Below, in pieces: positions 63,789-64,000 of a stretch of DNA of 64,000 bases. The notes below the pieces were generated by a model. It worked only from the letters and a program-made list of their open reading frames with translations, did not search any database and was not told where the DNA came from. Location: NCBI GenBank assembly GCA_002104945.1, contig MCFH01000026.1, forward strand, positions 434,001-498,000, given 5' to 3'. Positions within the stretch are counted from its first letter, which is position 1. Each line of letters starts with the position of its first letter. The DNA comes from Piromyces finnis finn (lineage: Eukaryota > Fungi > Neocallimastigomycota). The position numbers and the translations under genes were made by a program.

Positions 63789-64000
63789 ATGTCAGATAAA
63801 TCTGCTACTACACCAGAATTTACAATGGATTCAAAAATTGTCATTGCTATTATTGCTGTGACTGTTACTACAGTTGCTGCTGTTGTATGTACAAGAAAAT
63901 ATATATTAGATAAAAAACAACCCACCTCACCCGAAAAACGTATATTAAGAAGAAAACAAAGATCGATGATGAAAAGTATTATTTCCATTGAAGATTCAGC
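63789..64000 (+). CDS. Start of a protein with an N-terminal signal-anchor; truncated by the window end
   Basis: MSDKSATTPEFTMDSKIVIAIIAVTVTTVAAVVCTRKYILDKKQPTSPEKRILRRKQRSMMKSIISIEDS... is open to the end of the window. Confidence 0.65.
   Translation, partial: MSDKSATTPEFTMDSKIVIAIIAVTVTTVAAVVCTRKYILDKKQPTSPEKRILRRKQRSMMKSIISIEDS

Overview
Very AT-rich, intron-rich eukaryotic DNA. The CotH kinase, scaffoldin-like Cys/Gly-Tyr repeats, CBM29-like modules and base composition point to an anaerobic gut fungus (Neocallimastigomycota); this is an inference. Genes rebuilt by hand from phase-consistent GT-AG splicing: (1) the 3' part of a NELF-A-like gene (<1-3296); (2) an orphan ~849-aa protein (12605-15593); (3) an intronless secreted CotH kinase (19126-20817); (4) a ~20-exon minus-strand gene (31363-39896) with two copies of an N-terminal module, two LRR arrays, three CBM29-like modules and an EGF-like end; (5) a head-to-head scaffoldin-like gene (40365-47703); (6) a single-pass LRR receptor-like gene with a ~1070-aa disordered tail (51219-55978); (7) a Thr-rich cell-surface protein (59169-61130); (8) the start of a signal-anchored protein (63789->64000). 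Mobile DNA: several plus-strand copies of one APE/RT LINE family (16.5-17.1, 21.7-23.6 and 24.2-30.9 kb with an in-frame 2-kb internal duplication, plus a stub at 61.7 kb). There is also a full-length tRNA-Ala-derived SINE (62536-63106, minus) with A39 tail and 15-bp target-site duplication. It shares a covarying RNA hairpin motif with the end of the LINE ORF. Top leads: the SINE/LINE pair, the fungal NELF-A, and the LRR-CBM29 gene paired with the scaffoldin-like gene. Family assignments come from remembered motifs, not database searches.
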